NCBI GenBank assembly: GCA_905233745.1
Contig: CAJODA010000002.1
Location: 1,916-65,915 of the forward strand
Origin: an uncultured Bacteroidales bacterium
Lineage (GTDB): Bacteria > Bacteroidota > Bacteroidia > Bacteroidales > WCHB1-69
Length of the DNA: 64,000 bases
Direction: 5' to 3'
The number at the start of each line of letters is the position of its first letter. Position 1 is the stretch's first letter. Of the stretch, positions 55,505-64,000 are shown piece after piece. The notes beneath the pieces were generated by a model, which saw only the letters and a program-made list of their open reading frames with translations, searched no databases and was not told the origin of the DNA. Both the position numbers and the translations under genes were made by a program.

Positions 55505-56977
55505 TTACCTGACGGTAGTAGTCTCTTGAATCCAGCAACCCACGTGATAGGTTGCGCCTGTGCTCAGACCGCGCTTGAAAAGGTCCTCCTTGCTCGGGAA
55601 TCTCAGTTTTGCACGTTGAGCATTTGCTCTTTCAGCGCAGCTCGGGTCCACGGCGGCTGCACGTGCATACTTGTCAGCAGCTGCCCATGCATTTGCCAAC
55701 GGAAGCATGTCACCACCAGAGCATCTGCCACCAGAGTTGGCGTAAAGGTCTCCGATGAGGATGTATGCCTTGCCCATGTTAGGTTGATGTTTCAAAGCGG
55801 CAAGAGCAGCACTACGGGCCTCAGAATAGGAACCCTTGGTGTAATAAGCCAAACCCAACATATAGTTAGCATCGGCCTTCTGCTCATTGGTTTCGCTTAA
55901 GCTCACTGCCTCGATAAAATAGTCGATCGACTTGTCAATTTCAGCATTGTCCTTGGTGTTCAAGAAGCTCTTCAGTGAGAGGTTGCCCATCCAGTATGCA
56001 GAGTTACGGTTCGGGTTTGCCCTATGCAGTATTTCCAAAGCCTCTTTGAAAACAGGGCTGGAAACACAGTCACCTTTTGACATCGTCATGACCATCTTGT
56101 TGATAGCAGAAAGGTCCTCTTTGTTGTTGGCCAGTTTCTCGCTATAGAGTTCTTCCAAAACTTCGCAGGAAGCATACGGGGTAACCGCCTTTTCAATTTT
56201 GGCAAGAGTCTTGCGGTAATTCAACACCAATTTCATCTGACGGGCTGTGTCAGTGGCAGGCTTTTTGGAGAGTTCAATCAAGTAGTTGGTGTCAATGGTA
56301 CCGTTTTTGTACAGCTCATACAAACTATCCAACGTGTTCACTTGTTTCTCATACTGTACCAAAGAGTTGTTGATGGAGATGTCGAGATAGTCGGTAGCAC
56401 GACCGTAGGCCTCAATCACAACGCTGGTGTCTTTGCTAGCCTTGGTAATACTTTCAGACAATTGGAAGTATTTGTCCCAAATAGCGGGCTGAGTTTTTTC
56501 CTTCTCCATTTCAACAGACTGGATGAACCAATCTTCAACTTCTTTAATCTGATCAAAATCCATAGATTTTGCACGATAAAGAAGCATGTTGTATGCCTTG
56601 AATCCCAAGCAATATCCCCTGCTGAATTTATCAGGAAAATATTGGCTACGGATTTCATAAGAGTATATGAGGGTATCAATCAAATGTTCTCTTTTCAGGG
56701 AATCCTTCTCATCTTTAATCATACCGGCGAACATGTTTTGCGCATTGGTGTAGATACCATCCCAGCAGCATGGGCAGTTAGCTATCAGATAATGCCATGC
56801 CTCGTATGCGTCTGCATAACTTTTGCTTTTGTAAAACATGTTGAAATTCGTGATTTGCTCCAAACATTTCAGAGAATCTTCCTCATTCGCGCCGTATTTA
56901 AACGGGCAATTGCTGTTCTGGGCAAAAACAAAACTGCCAGATAACAGTAAAAATGTTGCGATGAATAATTTTTTCAT
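55505..56977 (-). CDS. Tetratricopeptide-repeat protein (exported)
   Basis: Signal peptide MKKLFIATFLLLSGSFVFAQ and TPR-like helices, for example YMLGLAYYTKGSYSEARSAALAALKHQPNMGKAYILIGDLYA. Confidence 0.75.
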   Translation of the reverse strand: MKKLFIATFLLLSGSFVFAQNSNCPFKYGANEEDSLKCLEQITNFNMFYKSKSYADAYEAWHYLIANCPCCWDGIYTNAQNMFAGMIKDEKDSLKREHLIDTLIYSYEIRSQYFPDKFSRGYCLGFKAYNMLLYRAKSMDFDQIKEVEDWFIQSVEMEKEKTQPAIWDKYFQLSESITKASKDTSVVIEAYGRATDYLDISINNSLVQYEKQVNTLDSLYELYKNGTIDTNYLIELSKKPATDTARQMKLVLNYRKTLAKIEKAVTPYASCEVLEELYSEKLANNKEDLSAINKMVMTMSKGDCVSSPVFKEALEILHRANPNRNSAYWMGNLSLKSFLNTKDNAEIDKSIDYFIEAVSLSETNEQKADANYMLGLAYYTKGSYSEARSAALAALKHQPNMGKAYILIGDLYANSGGRCSGGDMLPLANAWAAADKYARAAAVDPSCAERANAQRAKLRFPSKEDLFKRGLSTGATYHVGCWIQETTTVR

Positions 56978-57010
56978 TGTCTTTATTTTTTTTGAGTTAC
57001 TGTACTTATT

Positions 57011-58291
57011 TTAATCAAGTTTCGTGCGTTGGTACCATCTCTCCTGCAAGATGAAGTTGAATGTGAACTTGAAGTAATTCTGCTGGATAAGATCTCTTGT
57101 GAGTGTTCCGAGTTTCCCGTATTCAAATACAATATTGATAGAAGAGTGTGTATTGAAGGTGGAAATAGGAAGACCAACGCCGAAAGTGACTCCAAATTCG
57201 TTGATAGGTTTACCGCGCAGGAAAATTTCTCCGGTAGAATATTTGGCTCCTAATCGGAAATTCATCCTTTTCAGGAACTTATTGGAATTGGGGTCTGGAA
57301 TAAACTGTGCTCCCAAAGAGGCTGTGATAGAGTTGCAAAGGGAATCCCCATATCCAAAAGCCTTATACTTGGCCCAATTGTTCCAGGCCACATCGCCGGC
57401 TACCGTCAGTTTGTCATTGAACGTATAGCTCACGCCACCGCCAACAGATTGCGGAATGTAGAGGTTCCCTCGCACGACTTCGTTAAAATACACGGTATCA
57501 TAGGTGGTCACCTGGCTGAATGTACCTTGGTAATAATTGATGAGCAAATTTTCTCTAGCCCAAATGTAAGCCGTATTGCTGTAAACAAGTCCCAATCCGA
57601 TTTTATGTTTCTCATTGATATTGAAGAAATACTGGATTCCACCGTTCAAGTGAATGCCGTCTATGAGATAAGAGTCGTTGATATAGGAATTGTAGAAATT
57701 ATTACCGTCAAATGAGGTGTTGTTGAATTTGTAAATGGTACCGAAAATATAGGAGGTGTTCAGTCCTATCGAAAGGCCCTTGCAGATTTTGAAAGCGTTA
57801 CCCCAATACAACTGGTAGAGGCCACCTTTTGCGGAATAGTCATACTTTACTTCTCCGATATTCTCCATGGTACTGGAAAATGCAACATCATAACCCACTG
57901 AACTGAACGGAACTATGCCCACGCTTGAGCGCCAATGGCGGGTGACGGGAAGTCCGATATTGATGTATCCCAAACGAGCATACGAATTCCGCTGCCGCAG
58001 GGTTCCGGAGGAGAGCGTGGAGACATATATGGATGCTGCCGCATCGGCTATGAAAGACAAAGAGTCAAAAGCCGCATAAGAGGCAGGATTCCTGAAATTA
58101 ATGTAATAGGGGTTCTGCATGGCATACGAAGCACCCCCCATACCATCCAAAATACCGTTGGAACTGCGATTTACCAAACCAACGCCAAATGCAGAATAGG
58201 GGTTGCTGATCTCGTTCTGTGCCCAAGAGTTCCAAGACAACGTAAGGAGCAGTACAAACAACAATAAACCGTTGATTCTTCTATTCAACAT
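57011..58291 (-). CDS. Outer-membrane beta-barrel protein of unknown function
   Basis: Signal peptide ...LTLSWNSWAQ, N-terminal NPYSAFGVGL...GMGGASYA, and an alternating strand pattern throughout. Confidence 0.55.
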   Translation of the reverse strand: MLNRRINGLLLFVLLLTLSWNSWAQNEISNPYSAFGVGLVNRSSNGILDGMGGASYAMQNPYYINFRNPASYAAFDSLSFIADAAASIYVSTLSSGTLRQRNSYARLGYINIGLPVTRHWRSSVGIVPFSSVGYDVAFSSTMENIGEVKYDYSAKGGLYQLYWGNAFKICKGLSIGLNTSYIFGTIYKFNNTSFDGNNFYNSYINDSYLIDGIHLNGGIQYFFNINEKHKIGLGLVYSNTAYIWARENLLINYYQGTFSQVTTYDTVYFNEVVRGNLYIPQSVGGGVSYTFNDKLTVAGDVAWNNWAKYKAFGYGDSLCNSITASLGAQFIPDPNSNKFLKRMNFRLGAKYSTGEIFLRGKPINEFGVTFGVGLPISTFNTHSSINIVFEYGKLGTLTRDLIQQNYFKFTFNFILQERWYQRTKLD

Positions 58292-59027
58292 TAAGCTTCA
58301 AAATTTTATATAATCCTTGCAAAACCAAATAAGGGGCGGCAAATATACGATTTTTTATGAAACTTTGGAGAAGTTCCGCATCCCCTCCTGTTAAAAGAAC
58401 CTTAAGGTCTGAATAGTGCGACCTATAATGGTCTATAAACCCATCAATTTCACACGCCATGCCCCGAATCACACCCGAAGAGATGGATTCTCCTGTATTT
58501 TTCCCAGTGATGGAAATGACCTCATGTGGTTCAACCAATGGCAACCGGGCTGTATGGTCATGTAAAGACTGGAACCGCATTCTCATGCCAGGGGCAATTG
58601 AACCGCCCTGATAAACTCCCTGATTATCCACAAAATCGAACACCAGACAGGTGCCCGCCTGTATAACCAGCACGTTTTGTGCAGGGTACAGCATTTGAGC
58701 ACCGGAAGCAGCGGCAATGCGGTCCGTGCCCAACGTTTCGGGTGTCTCATAATCCAAACAAACCGGCAGTTTGAGACCAGGTGTAAGACGAACTAAGGCT
58801 GTATGATTCTCCAACCAAAAAATTATACCCTCACGCACACTGCCCACCGACGACAAGATGGCCGCTTCGATGTCATATTGTTCAAACAAATTCTGCAACC
58901 GGCTGATTTCCAACTCATCGTAACGAAAGAGGATTTCAAGGTCTCCATCCGAATTAAAGATGGACACCTTATGCGTAGTATTTCCTATATCTATAACTAA
59001 AAACATTGCTTTATTTAACGTTGGCAT
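58281..59027 (-). CDS. coaX: Type III pantothenate kinase
   Basis: Contains LVIDIGNTTHK, VIQAGTCLVFD and LTGGDAELL. The start may instead be the ATG at 59006 (MFLVIDIGNT). Confidence 0.9.
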   Translation of the reverse strand: MPTLNKAMFLVIDIGNTTHKVSIFNSDGDLEILFRYDELEISRLQNLFEQYDIEAAILSSVGSVREGIIFWLENHTALVRLTPGLKLPVCLDYETPETLGTDRIAAASGAQMLYPAQNVLVIQAGTCLVFDFVDNQGVYQGGSIAPGMRMRFQSLHDHTARLPLVEPHEVISITGKNTGESISSGVIRGMACEIDGFIDHYRSHYSDLKVLLTGGDAELLQSFIKNRIFAAPYLVLQGLYKILKLNVE

Positions 59028-59075
59028 TTTACAAATATTTTATGGAAAGAAGCGTGTTTTTTATATTTTTTTTTA

Positions 59076-59083
59076 TATTTTTG
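59076..59083 (+). promoter_or_regulatory. -7 promoter box TATTTTTG for mntP
   Basis: Matches TAnnTTTG, 39 nt upstream of the ATG at 59123. Confidence 0.5.
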
Positions 59084-59122
59084 CAGCCTCTTGAAAAGAG
59101 AGGTATGTAAAGCGCCTGAACA

Positions 59123-59680
59123 ATGGGATTCCTGACCCTTTTTCTTCTTGCTGTAAGTTTAGCCATGGACTGCTTTGCTGTAAGCTGTTCCGCCGGTGCA
59201 TTGCAACCTGACCTGAAACCGAAAAATGTGATTGCTTTTGCTTTCAGTTTCGGTTTTTTCCAAGCTCTCATGCCCTTGTTAGGATGGTTGGGCGGCGAAA
59301 TGGTCGTCAGTTACCTGGACCGTTTCACCAATTGGATAGCCTTCGGCATTCTTGCTTTTATCGGTATTAAGATGTTGGTGGAAGGCATCCGTCACAATGA
59401 AACTGAATCCAAAGTGGATATGACCCGTCTGGGTACCGTACTGCTGCTTTCGGTGGCCACTAGCATTGACGCACTGGCTGTAGGATTCAGTTTTTCCATG
59501 ATGCAACAGGTAAGGTTGGGCCTGGCACTGTTCCTGATTGGCATTGTTTCCTTCGGCGCCTCTCTGGCCGGTTATTACCTCACCCGCCGTCTGCGCAAAC
59601 ATCTGAAAGCGCACATAGCCGAAATCATTGGCGGTATCATCCTGGTTATGCTCGGCATTAAAATCCTGCTGGGCTACTAA
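59123..59680 (+). CDS. mntP: Manganese efflux pump MntP
   Basis: 185 aa with six TM segments and the duplicated DUF204 motifs LAMDCFAVS and TSIDALAVG. Confidence 0.85.
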   Translation: MGFLTLFLLAVSLAMDCFAVSCSAGALQPDLKPKNVIAFAFSFGFFQALMPLLGWLGGEMVVSYLDRFTNWIAFGILAFIGIKMLVEGIRHNETESKVDMTRLGTVLLLSVATSIDALAVGFSFSMMQQVRLGLALFLIGIVSFGASLAGYYLTRRLRKHLKAHIAEIIGGIILVMLGIKILLGY

Positions 59681-61137
59681 CGGCGCATCCGTTTCTCTTC
59701 ACTACCCGGGTAATATTCGTACGCTCCAATGTCAGGGACTCCATTTCTAGCCCGCCCCAGAATATCTGTGGTGATGCCCAAATCTGTCCGTCCGGCATCT
59801 ATGGCTGGTGAATTCTCCTTCAAATTATAGTCCTGATTATATGTGGCTACAAATTGGGGATCCATTTCAAAAATACAGTTCACATAGTGGTTATCTATCT
59901 CATCCATTCTCACTATACAATTGTTGAACTGGTAATTCAGGTTTGCGCCATTATAGGCTGAAGTCACAATCTCATTGGGGAACGATGCATTTCCGTATAT
60001 AATGGAGTTATTGCACTCTAAACGGGTGTCTCCGATGTAACGGGTGTCTCCCTTATCGTAATAATTGCTTAATCCGAACGCAGGCTCGTTCCGCTTGCTT
60101 TGGGAGAAATAGTTGGCGATGGTAACATGGTTCAATTTGAATTCCCCCACCTGCATGACCAAACTGTAGCTTCCCGTATTGCTGATTTGGCAGTTGTTCA
60201 TTTCCACATCGGCACTTTGCGCCGCTACGCCATAATAGCGGTTGTTATGGATGACTGAATTGTTGATGATAGTTTTATTCCCCAGATATTCCATCAACGC
60301 TGAAACCTCAATGCCTGTGGAAGAGTTGGTTATGATGGCATTATTGATGATATTGTCTTCTGTACCCTCATTGATCCAAATGCGGTTCCACTGCTCATAG
60401 TCAGTGCTGTAGAAAGACTCCCGACGGTCACCGGCAATGAGCACAGGGTCATCATACGTGCCGTTTACATGGATATTGCCATACCGATACACCCATATAC
60501 CACCACCATGATGGATATAGATGCGAGTTCCCGGATCAATGGTGAGTTTTCCCAGCGAGTCCACAACTGCCCAACCGTAAATCACCCATGGCTTGTCATT
60601 TGTCCAATGCACATGTTCATGCTCATGTGCCACTATATAGTACGACATGGAGGTGTTGTTATGGTCGGGAATGATGAAATGGGCGTCTTGGCCGAAGGCC
60701 ACCAATTGCACCGACTGCTTCCGTTGTGTATTATAGAACAGCACCGAGTCGGTGACCAGATACGGGTTATTCTGGTTAGCGGGGTTTATGTTAACTTTGA
60801 CAAAAACAAAAATGCTATCATGCGCAGGAATCTCCACATCATGAAACTCGGTTCCTGCCACGCCATCCACATTGATGCTATAATATGACTGGGTACCACC
60901 AGCAAGATAGATATCCAATTTCACCGGGTCAGGACTCGGATTGGTTACGGTGAACGAGCGGGTAATGGAGGAGACTGTAGTGAAGATAGTGTCAAACATC
61001 AGCGTATCCGTAGAGAACTCAAGCTTCACATCCTCATTATACTGGCCGTTGCGGCAACTGCTCAAGGTCAATCCACCCGTTGTCAAAAAGACAAGTAGCA
61101 GAAAACAAAAGAATCTATCTATCCATTTCATAATCAT
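59677..61137 (-). CDS. Right-handed parallel beta-helix lipoprotein with a choice-of-anchor-Q-like C-terminus
   Basis: Lipoprotein signal ...GGLTLSSC. An Ig-like N-terminal domain is followed by repeated N..I.NN coils. The C-terminal motif is SPAIDAG...DILGRARNGVPDIGAYEY. Confidence 0.65.
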   Translation of the reverse strand: MIMKWIDRFFCFLLLVFLTTGGLTLSSCRNGQYNEDVKLEFSTDTLMFDTIFTTVSSITRSFTVTNPSPDPVKLDIYLAGGTQSYYSINVDGVAGTEFHDVEIPAHDSIFVFVKVNINPANQNNPYLVTDSVLFYNTQRKQSVQLVAFGQDAHFIIPDHNNTSMSYYIVAHEHEHVHWTNDKPWVIYGWAVVDSLGKLTIDPGTRIYIHHGGGIWVYRYGNIHVNGTYDDPVLIAGDRRESFYSTDYEQWNRIWINEGTEDNIINNAIITNSSTGIEVSALMEYLGNKTIINNSVIHNNRYYGVAAQSADVEMNNCQISNTGSYSLVMQVGEFKLNHVTIANYFSQSKRNEPAFGLSNYYDKGDTRYIGDTRLECNNSIIYGNASFPNEIVTSAYNGANLNYQFNNCIVRMDEIDNHYVNCIFEMDPQFVATYNQDYNLKENSPAIDAGRTDLGITTDILGRARNGVPDIGAYEYYPGSEEKRMRR

Positions 61138-61894
61138 CCAATAAGATTTCGCGCCAATTATAACGAACGTCTGTCAGAAATAGTGCATGGGCAGGCACGG
61201 AAATCCCAGCTTCGCATCTGTCTTTTTTTTCTATAACACTTTGAAAATCCTCCAGAGACATCTTTTCCAGCCCCACATCCAACAAGGTGCCCACTATAGC
61301 ACGGACCATGTTCCGCAGAAAACGATTGGCTGTGATTGTAAACACAACATCTTCTCCTTTTCTCTCCCAAAAGGCCTCAGAAACATGGCAGATAAAATTA
61401 TTGACTTGTGTGTGCACTTTGGAAAAACTGGTGAAATCTTCGTTTTTTTTCAGCAGTTTTGCCGCTTCATTCATTTTTTCAACATTCAACGGACGATGAT
61501 AGAAAAGACGTTGAGAGAAGGTGAAGGGGTTTTTAACGGTAGTAATAAAATATTGATATGTGCGGCTTTCCGCATCAAATCGGGTATGAGCCTCATCTTT
61601 TACCGGGAAAAGCCTGTATATTACAATATCTTTGGGCAGAAAATTGTTAAGCTGGTCTCTGATTCTATCACATTCGGAGGTGGTGAGCTTGGTGTCAAGG
61701 TCGAAATGGGCATAAAAGCAGGAGGCATGCACGCCGGTGTCTGTACGCCCGCAGCCCGTGATGGCAACACGTTCGCAATGGAGCAGCAGTGACAGGCATT
61801 TTTCAAGCGTGTCCTGCACCGAAGGATGTTCCGGTTGCATCTGCCAGCCGTAATAGGCGTTTCCGTTATAAGCCAAATGTAGAAAGTATCGCAT
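61115..61894 (-). CDS. truA: tRNA pseudouridine(38-40) synthase
   Basis: Start reset to MRYFLHLAYNGNAYYGWQ. The catalytic motif GCGRTDTGVHA and the block FLRNMVRAIVGTL are present. Confidence 0.9.
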   Translation of the reverse strand: MRYFLHLAYNGNAYYGWQMQPEHPSVQDTLEKCLSLLLHCERVAITGCGRTDTGVHASCFYAHFDLDTKLTTSECDRIRDQLNNFLPKDIVIYRLFPVKDEAHTRFDAESRTYQYFITTVKNPFTFSQRLFYHRPLNVEKMNEAAKLLKKNEDFTSFSKVHTQVNNFICHVSEAFWERKGEDVVFTITANRFLRNMVRAIVGTLLDVGLEKMSLEDFQSVIEKKDRCEAGISVPAHALFLTDVRYNWREILLDDYEMDR

Positions 61895-61914
61895 GATCTT
61901 GAACAAAGCGGCGG

Positions 61915-61922
61915 CAAAGATA
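61915..61922 (-). promoter_or_regulatory. -7 promoter box (TATCTTTG on the minus strand) for truA
   Basis: The reverse complement of caaagata matches TAnnTTTG, 20 nt upstream of the ATG at 61894. It forms the left arm of a perfect inverted repeat. Confidence 0.55.
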
Positions 61923-61933
61923 CGAAAAAGGTG

Positions 61934-61941
61934 TATCTTTG
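61934..61941 (+). promoter_or_regulatory. -7 promoter box TATCTTTG, 6 nt before the ABC ATPase ATG
   Basis: Matches TAnnTTTG and forms the right arm of the same inverted repeat. Confidence 0.5.
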
Positions 61942-61947
61942 CCGCCG

Positions 61948-63681
61948 ATGGAGAATCTTTTGGAAATAACGGATTTGTCACTGGACCTTAAACAGGATGG
62001 AAATTGGAAATCCATCCTGCGGCAGGTGTCATTCAGTCTCAAAAGAGGAGAGACTTTGGGCATTGTGGGTGAATCCGGCTCCGGAAAGTCTGTCACAGCC
62101 CTTTCGGTAATGCAACTACTCCATCCCAACATCTCCCGATACCCGCAAGGGCACATTCTTTTCCATGACAAAGCCAATCCGGACCACCCCATTGAACTGA
62201 TTGATTGCCCGGAGAACACCATGCGACATCTGCGGGGCAACAAGATAGCGATGATTTTCCAGGAGCCCATGTCTTCGCTGAATCCTGTTATCCGTTGCGG
62301 CGAACAGATTACCGAGCAGATTCTGTTGCACACCACCATGGACAAAAAGGCTGCAAAACAGCATGTAATTGAACTGTTCAGGGAGGTGATGCTGCCACGT
62401 CCGGAGCAGATTTTCGATTCTTATCCGCACGAACTGTCGGGTGGGCAAAAGCAACGTGTCATGATTGCCATGGCCATGAGCTGCCAGCCCGATCTGCTGA
62501 TTGCTGACGAACCCACCACCGCACTTGATGTGACGGTACAAAAGGGGATTCTGGAAGTGATCCGAAAACTGCAGAACAAATACGGCATGAGCGTCCTCTT
62601 CATCTCCCATGACCTTGGCGTAGTGGCCGAGATTGCCGACAAGGTGCTCGTGCTCTTCAAAGGGAACGTGGTGGAACATGGACATATCCGCGACATCTTC
62701 CTGCACCCGCAACACCCATACACCCAAGGACTTCTAGCCTGCCGTCCCTCCATGACCGCCAGGTTGAAAAAATTGCCCACAGTAGACGATTTCATGCACA
62801 ACCAAACCCAAGGGTTGCCACAGGTGATGGAAAAATTCACGGTCACATCCGCTGAACGCGCAGCATATCATCGTCAGTTATACGCCGGAAAGCCCATCAT
62901 CACCATAGAGAATCTAAACAAAAAATATCCTGTCCGCAAACGAAAGCTTTTCGAACACCAGCAATATGTCCATGCATTACAAGATATCAATCTGGAAATA
63001 TACGAAGGGGAGACCCTTGGACTGGTAGGTGAATCGGGATGCGGCAAAACCACCCTTGGGAGAAGCATGATCCGGCTGATTGAGCCTACCTCCGGCACTG
63101 TGTACTATCAAGGGACAAACCTGATGAACCTCTCCTCCTCGCAAATGAGAAAGATGCGCAAGGATCTGCAAATTATTCTGCAAGACCCTTACTCTTCGCT
63201 CAACCAACGACTCACCGTTGGTGACGCACTGATGGAACCCATGCAGGTGCACGGCATTGGGCACAACGATAAGGAACGCAAACAAAAGGCAATTGCACTG
63301 CTGGAGCGCGTAAACCTCAACGAGTCACACTTCTACCGCTATCCCCATGAATTCTCCGGCGGACAACGACAACGCATCTCCATTGCCAGAGCTCTCGCCG
63401 TAAACCCACGGTTTGTCATCTGCGATGAATCCGTGTCCGCCCTCGATGTGTCGGTTCAAGCTCAGGTACTCAACCTCCTCAATGAACTAAAAGATGAGTA
63501 CCACTTCACTTATATCTTCATTTCACACGACCTGTCAGTGGTACACTTCATGTCCGACCGCATCGCTGTGATGCAAAATGGACGAATTGTAGAACTAGGC
63601 GATGCCGACGACATCTGTGAGCGGCCGCAAACGGACTACACCCGTCAACTGATAGCCGCCATTCCAAAAGGAATCCAATAA
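61948..63681 (+). CDS. ABC transporter ATP-binding protein with two fused Opp/Dpp-type ATPase domains
   Basis: Start reset to [12 protein letters not shown]. Two Walker A motifs ([16 protein letters not shown]), two signatures ([16 protein letters not shown]), and two Walker B/D-loops are present. Confidence 0.9.
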   Translation: MENLLEITDLSLDLKQDGNWKSILRQVSFSLKRGETLGIVGESGSGKSVTALSVMQLLHPNISRYPQGHILFHDKANPDHPIELIDCPENTMRHLRGNKIAMIFQEPMSSLNPVIRCGEQITEQILLHTTMDKKAAKQHVIELFREVMLPRPEQIFDSYPHELSGGQKQRVMIAMAMSCQPDLLIADEPTTALDVTVQKGILEVIRKLQNKYGMSVLFISHDLGVVAEIADKVLVLFKGNVVEHGHIRDIFLHPQHPYTQGLLACRPSMTARLKKLPTVDDFMHNQTQGLPQVMEKFTVTSAERAAYHRQLYAGKPIITIENLNKKYPVRKRKLFEHQQYVHALQDINLEIYEGETLGLVGESGCGKTTLGRSMIRLIEPTSGTVYYQGTNLMNLSSSQMRKMRKDLQIILQDPYSSLNQRLTVGDALMEPMQVHGIGHNDKERKQKAIALLERVNLNESHFYRYPHEFSGGQRQRISIARALAVNPRFVICDESVSALDVSVQAQVLNLLNELKDEYHFTYIFISHDLSVVHFMSDRIAVMQNGRIVELGDADDICERPQTDYTRQLIAAIPKGIQ

Positions 63682-63710
63682 TTTTTTAGTTACAATAAAT
63701 CTGCTCCAAA

Positions 63711-64000
63711 ATGGAAAAAGCAAAAATCCATACCATCACCAAGCTTATCATCCGGATTCTGCTCGGTGCCTTCTTCATCACCACAGCCATATTGAAACTG
63801 CTGTCTATAGACAGCTTTGAAATCTACATCTATAGTTTCAATCTCTTCAGTTTCAACATGTGTGCTATCGTAGCACGGTTGATTATTGCCGCAGAAATGC
63901 TGCTCGGTACATTCTTGATTGCCAAAATCCTATACAAACCCGTCTGGTGGCTTTCCATGCTGATGATGATCGGGTTTACTCTTTTTTTAATCTATGTAGC
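63711..64000 (+). CDS. DoxX/MauE-like membrane protein; 3' end runs off the window
   Basis: My translation from the ATG at 63711 is MEKAKIHTITKLIIRILLGAFFITTAILKLLSIDSFEIYIYSFNLFSFNMCAIVARLIIAAEMLLGTFLIAK... This gives successive TM helices in a DoxX/MauE-like pattern. It is open at the window edge. Confidence 0.5.
   Translation, partial: MEKAKIHTITKLIIRILLGAFFITTAILKLLSIDSFEIYIYSFNLFSFNMCAIVARLIIAAEMLLGTFLIAKILYKPVWWLSMLMMIGFTLFLIYV

Noticed and set aside
59028-59122. Possible yybP-ykoY manganese riboswitch upstream of mntP, as found in other bacteria.
   Set aside because: Only about 95 nt separate coaX and mntP, and the -7 box at 59076 leaves a leader of about 35 nt. That leader holds just a 6-bp hairpin (cctctt-gaaaa-gagagg). 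This is too short for the four-helix riboswitch, and its conserved core is not visible.

Overview
This window reads as a gene-dense, almost entirely housekeeping stretch of a Bacteroidota chromosome that looks like order Bacteroidales. The taxon call rests on three things: TAnnTTTG-type -7 promoter boxes in front of most transcription units, an abundance of lipoproteins and outer-membrane barrels, and typical Bacteroidales protein N-termini.

I can support about 60 protein-coding genes:
- Translation and transcription: nusA, infB, truA, tadA.
- Cell division: ftsQ, ftsA, ftsZ.
- Nucleotide synthesis: guaA, purN, purA, pyrB, pyrI.
- Cofactors: pdxA, ribD, coaX, nadK.
- Envelope and LPS: waaA, murB, lgt, an lptF/G-family permease, lptC.
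- Repair and recombination: mutY, xerD, cinA.

I also support 3 tRNAs (Arg-ACG, Gln-TTG, Cys-GCA), 4 clear rho-independent terminators and a set of promoter boxes. Many ORF-track N-termini are over-extended. I re-set them to the ATG that follows a promoter box or precedes a signal peptide.

I see no transposase, phage gene, CRISPR array, toxin-antitoxin pair, defence-type enzyme or long non-coding gap. I therefore cannot honestly point to an accessory island or a clear new multi-gene system.

The items I consider most worth follow-up:
1. A 1000-aa exported protein downstream of purA, made of two tandem diverged TldD/PmbA-like modules. It has no HExxxH motif and a Cys-rich linker between the modules.
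2. A beta-helix surface-lipoprotein candidate (Cthe_2159-like, with a Gly/Pro tail encoded by a tandem repeat) paired with a small outer-membrane barrel.
3. An unannotated 54-aa lipoprotein gene placed 1 nt ahead of a DUF4369-like lipoprotein gene.
4. Unusual expression signals: -7 boxes 5-6 nt from start codons (candidate leaderless mRNAs), a perfect 15-bp inverted repeat made of two back-to-back promoter cores, and a TTG start with a perfect AGGAGG upstream of pyrB.

All family assignments come from motif recognition by eye. No database search or computation was run.
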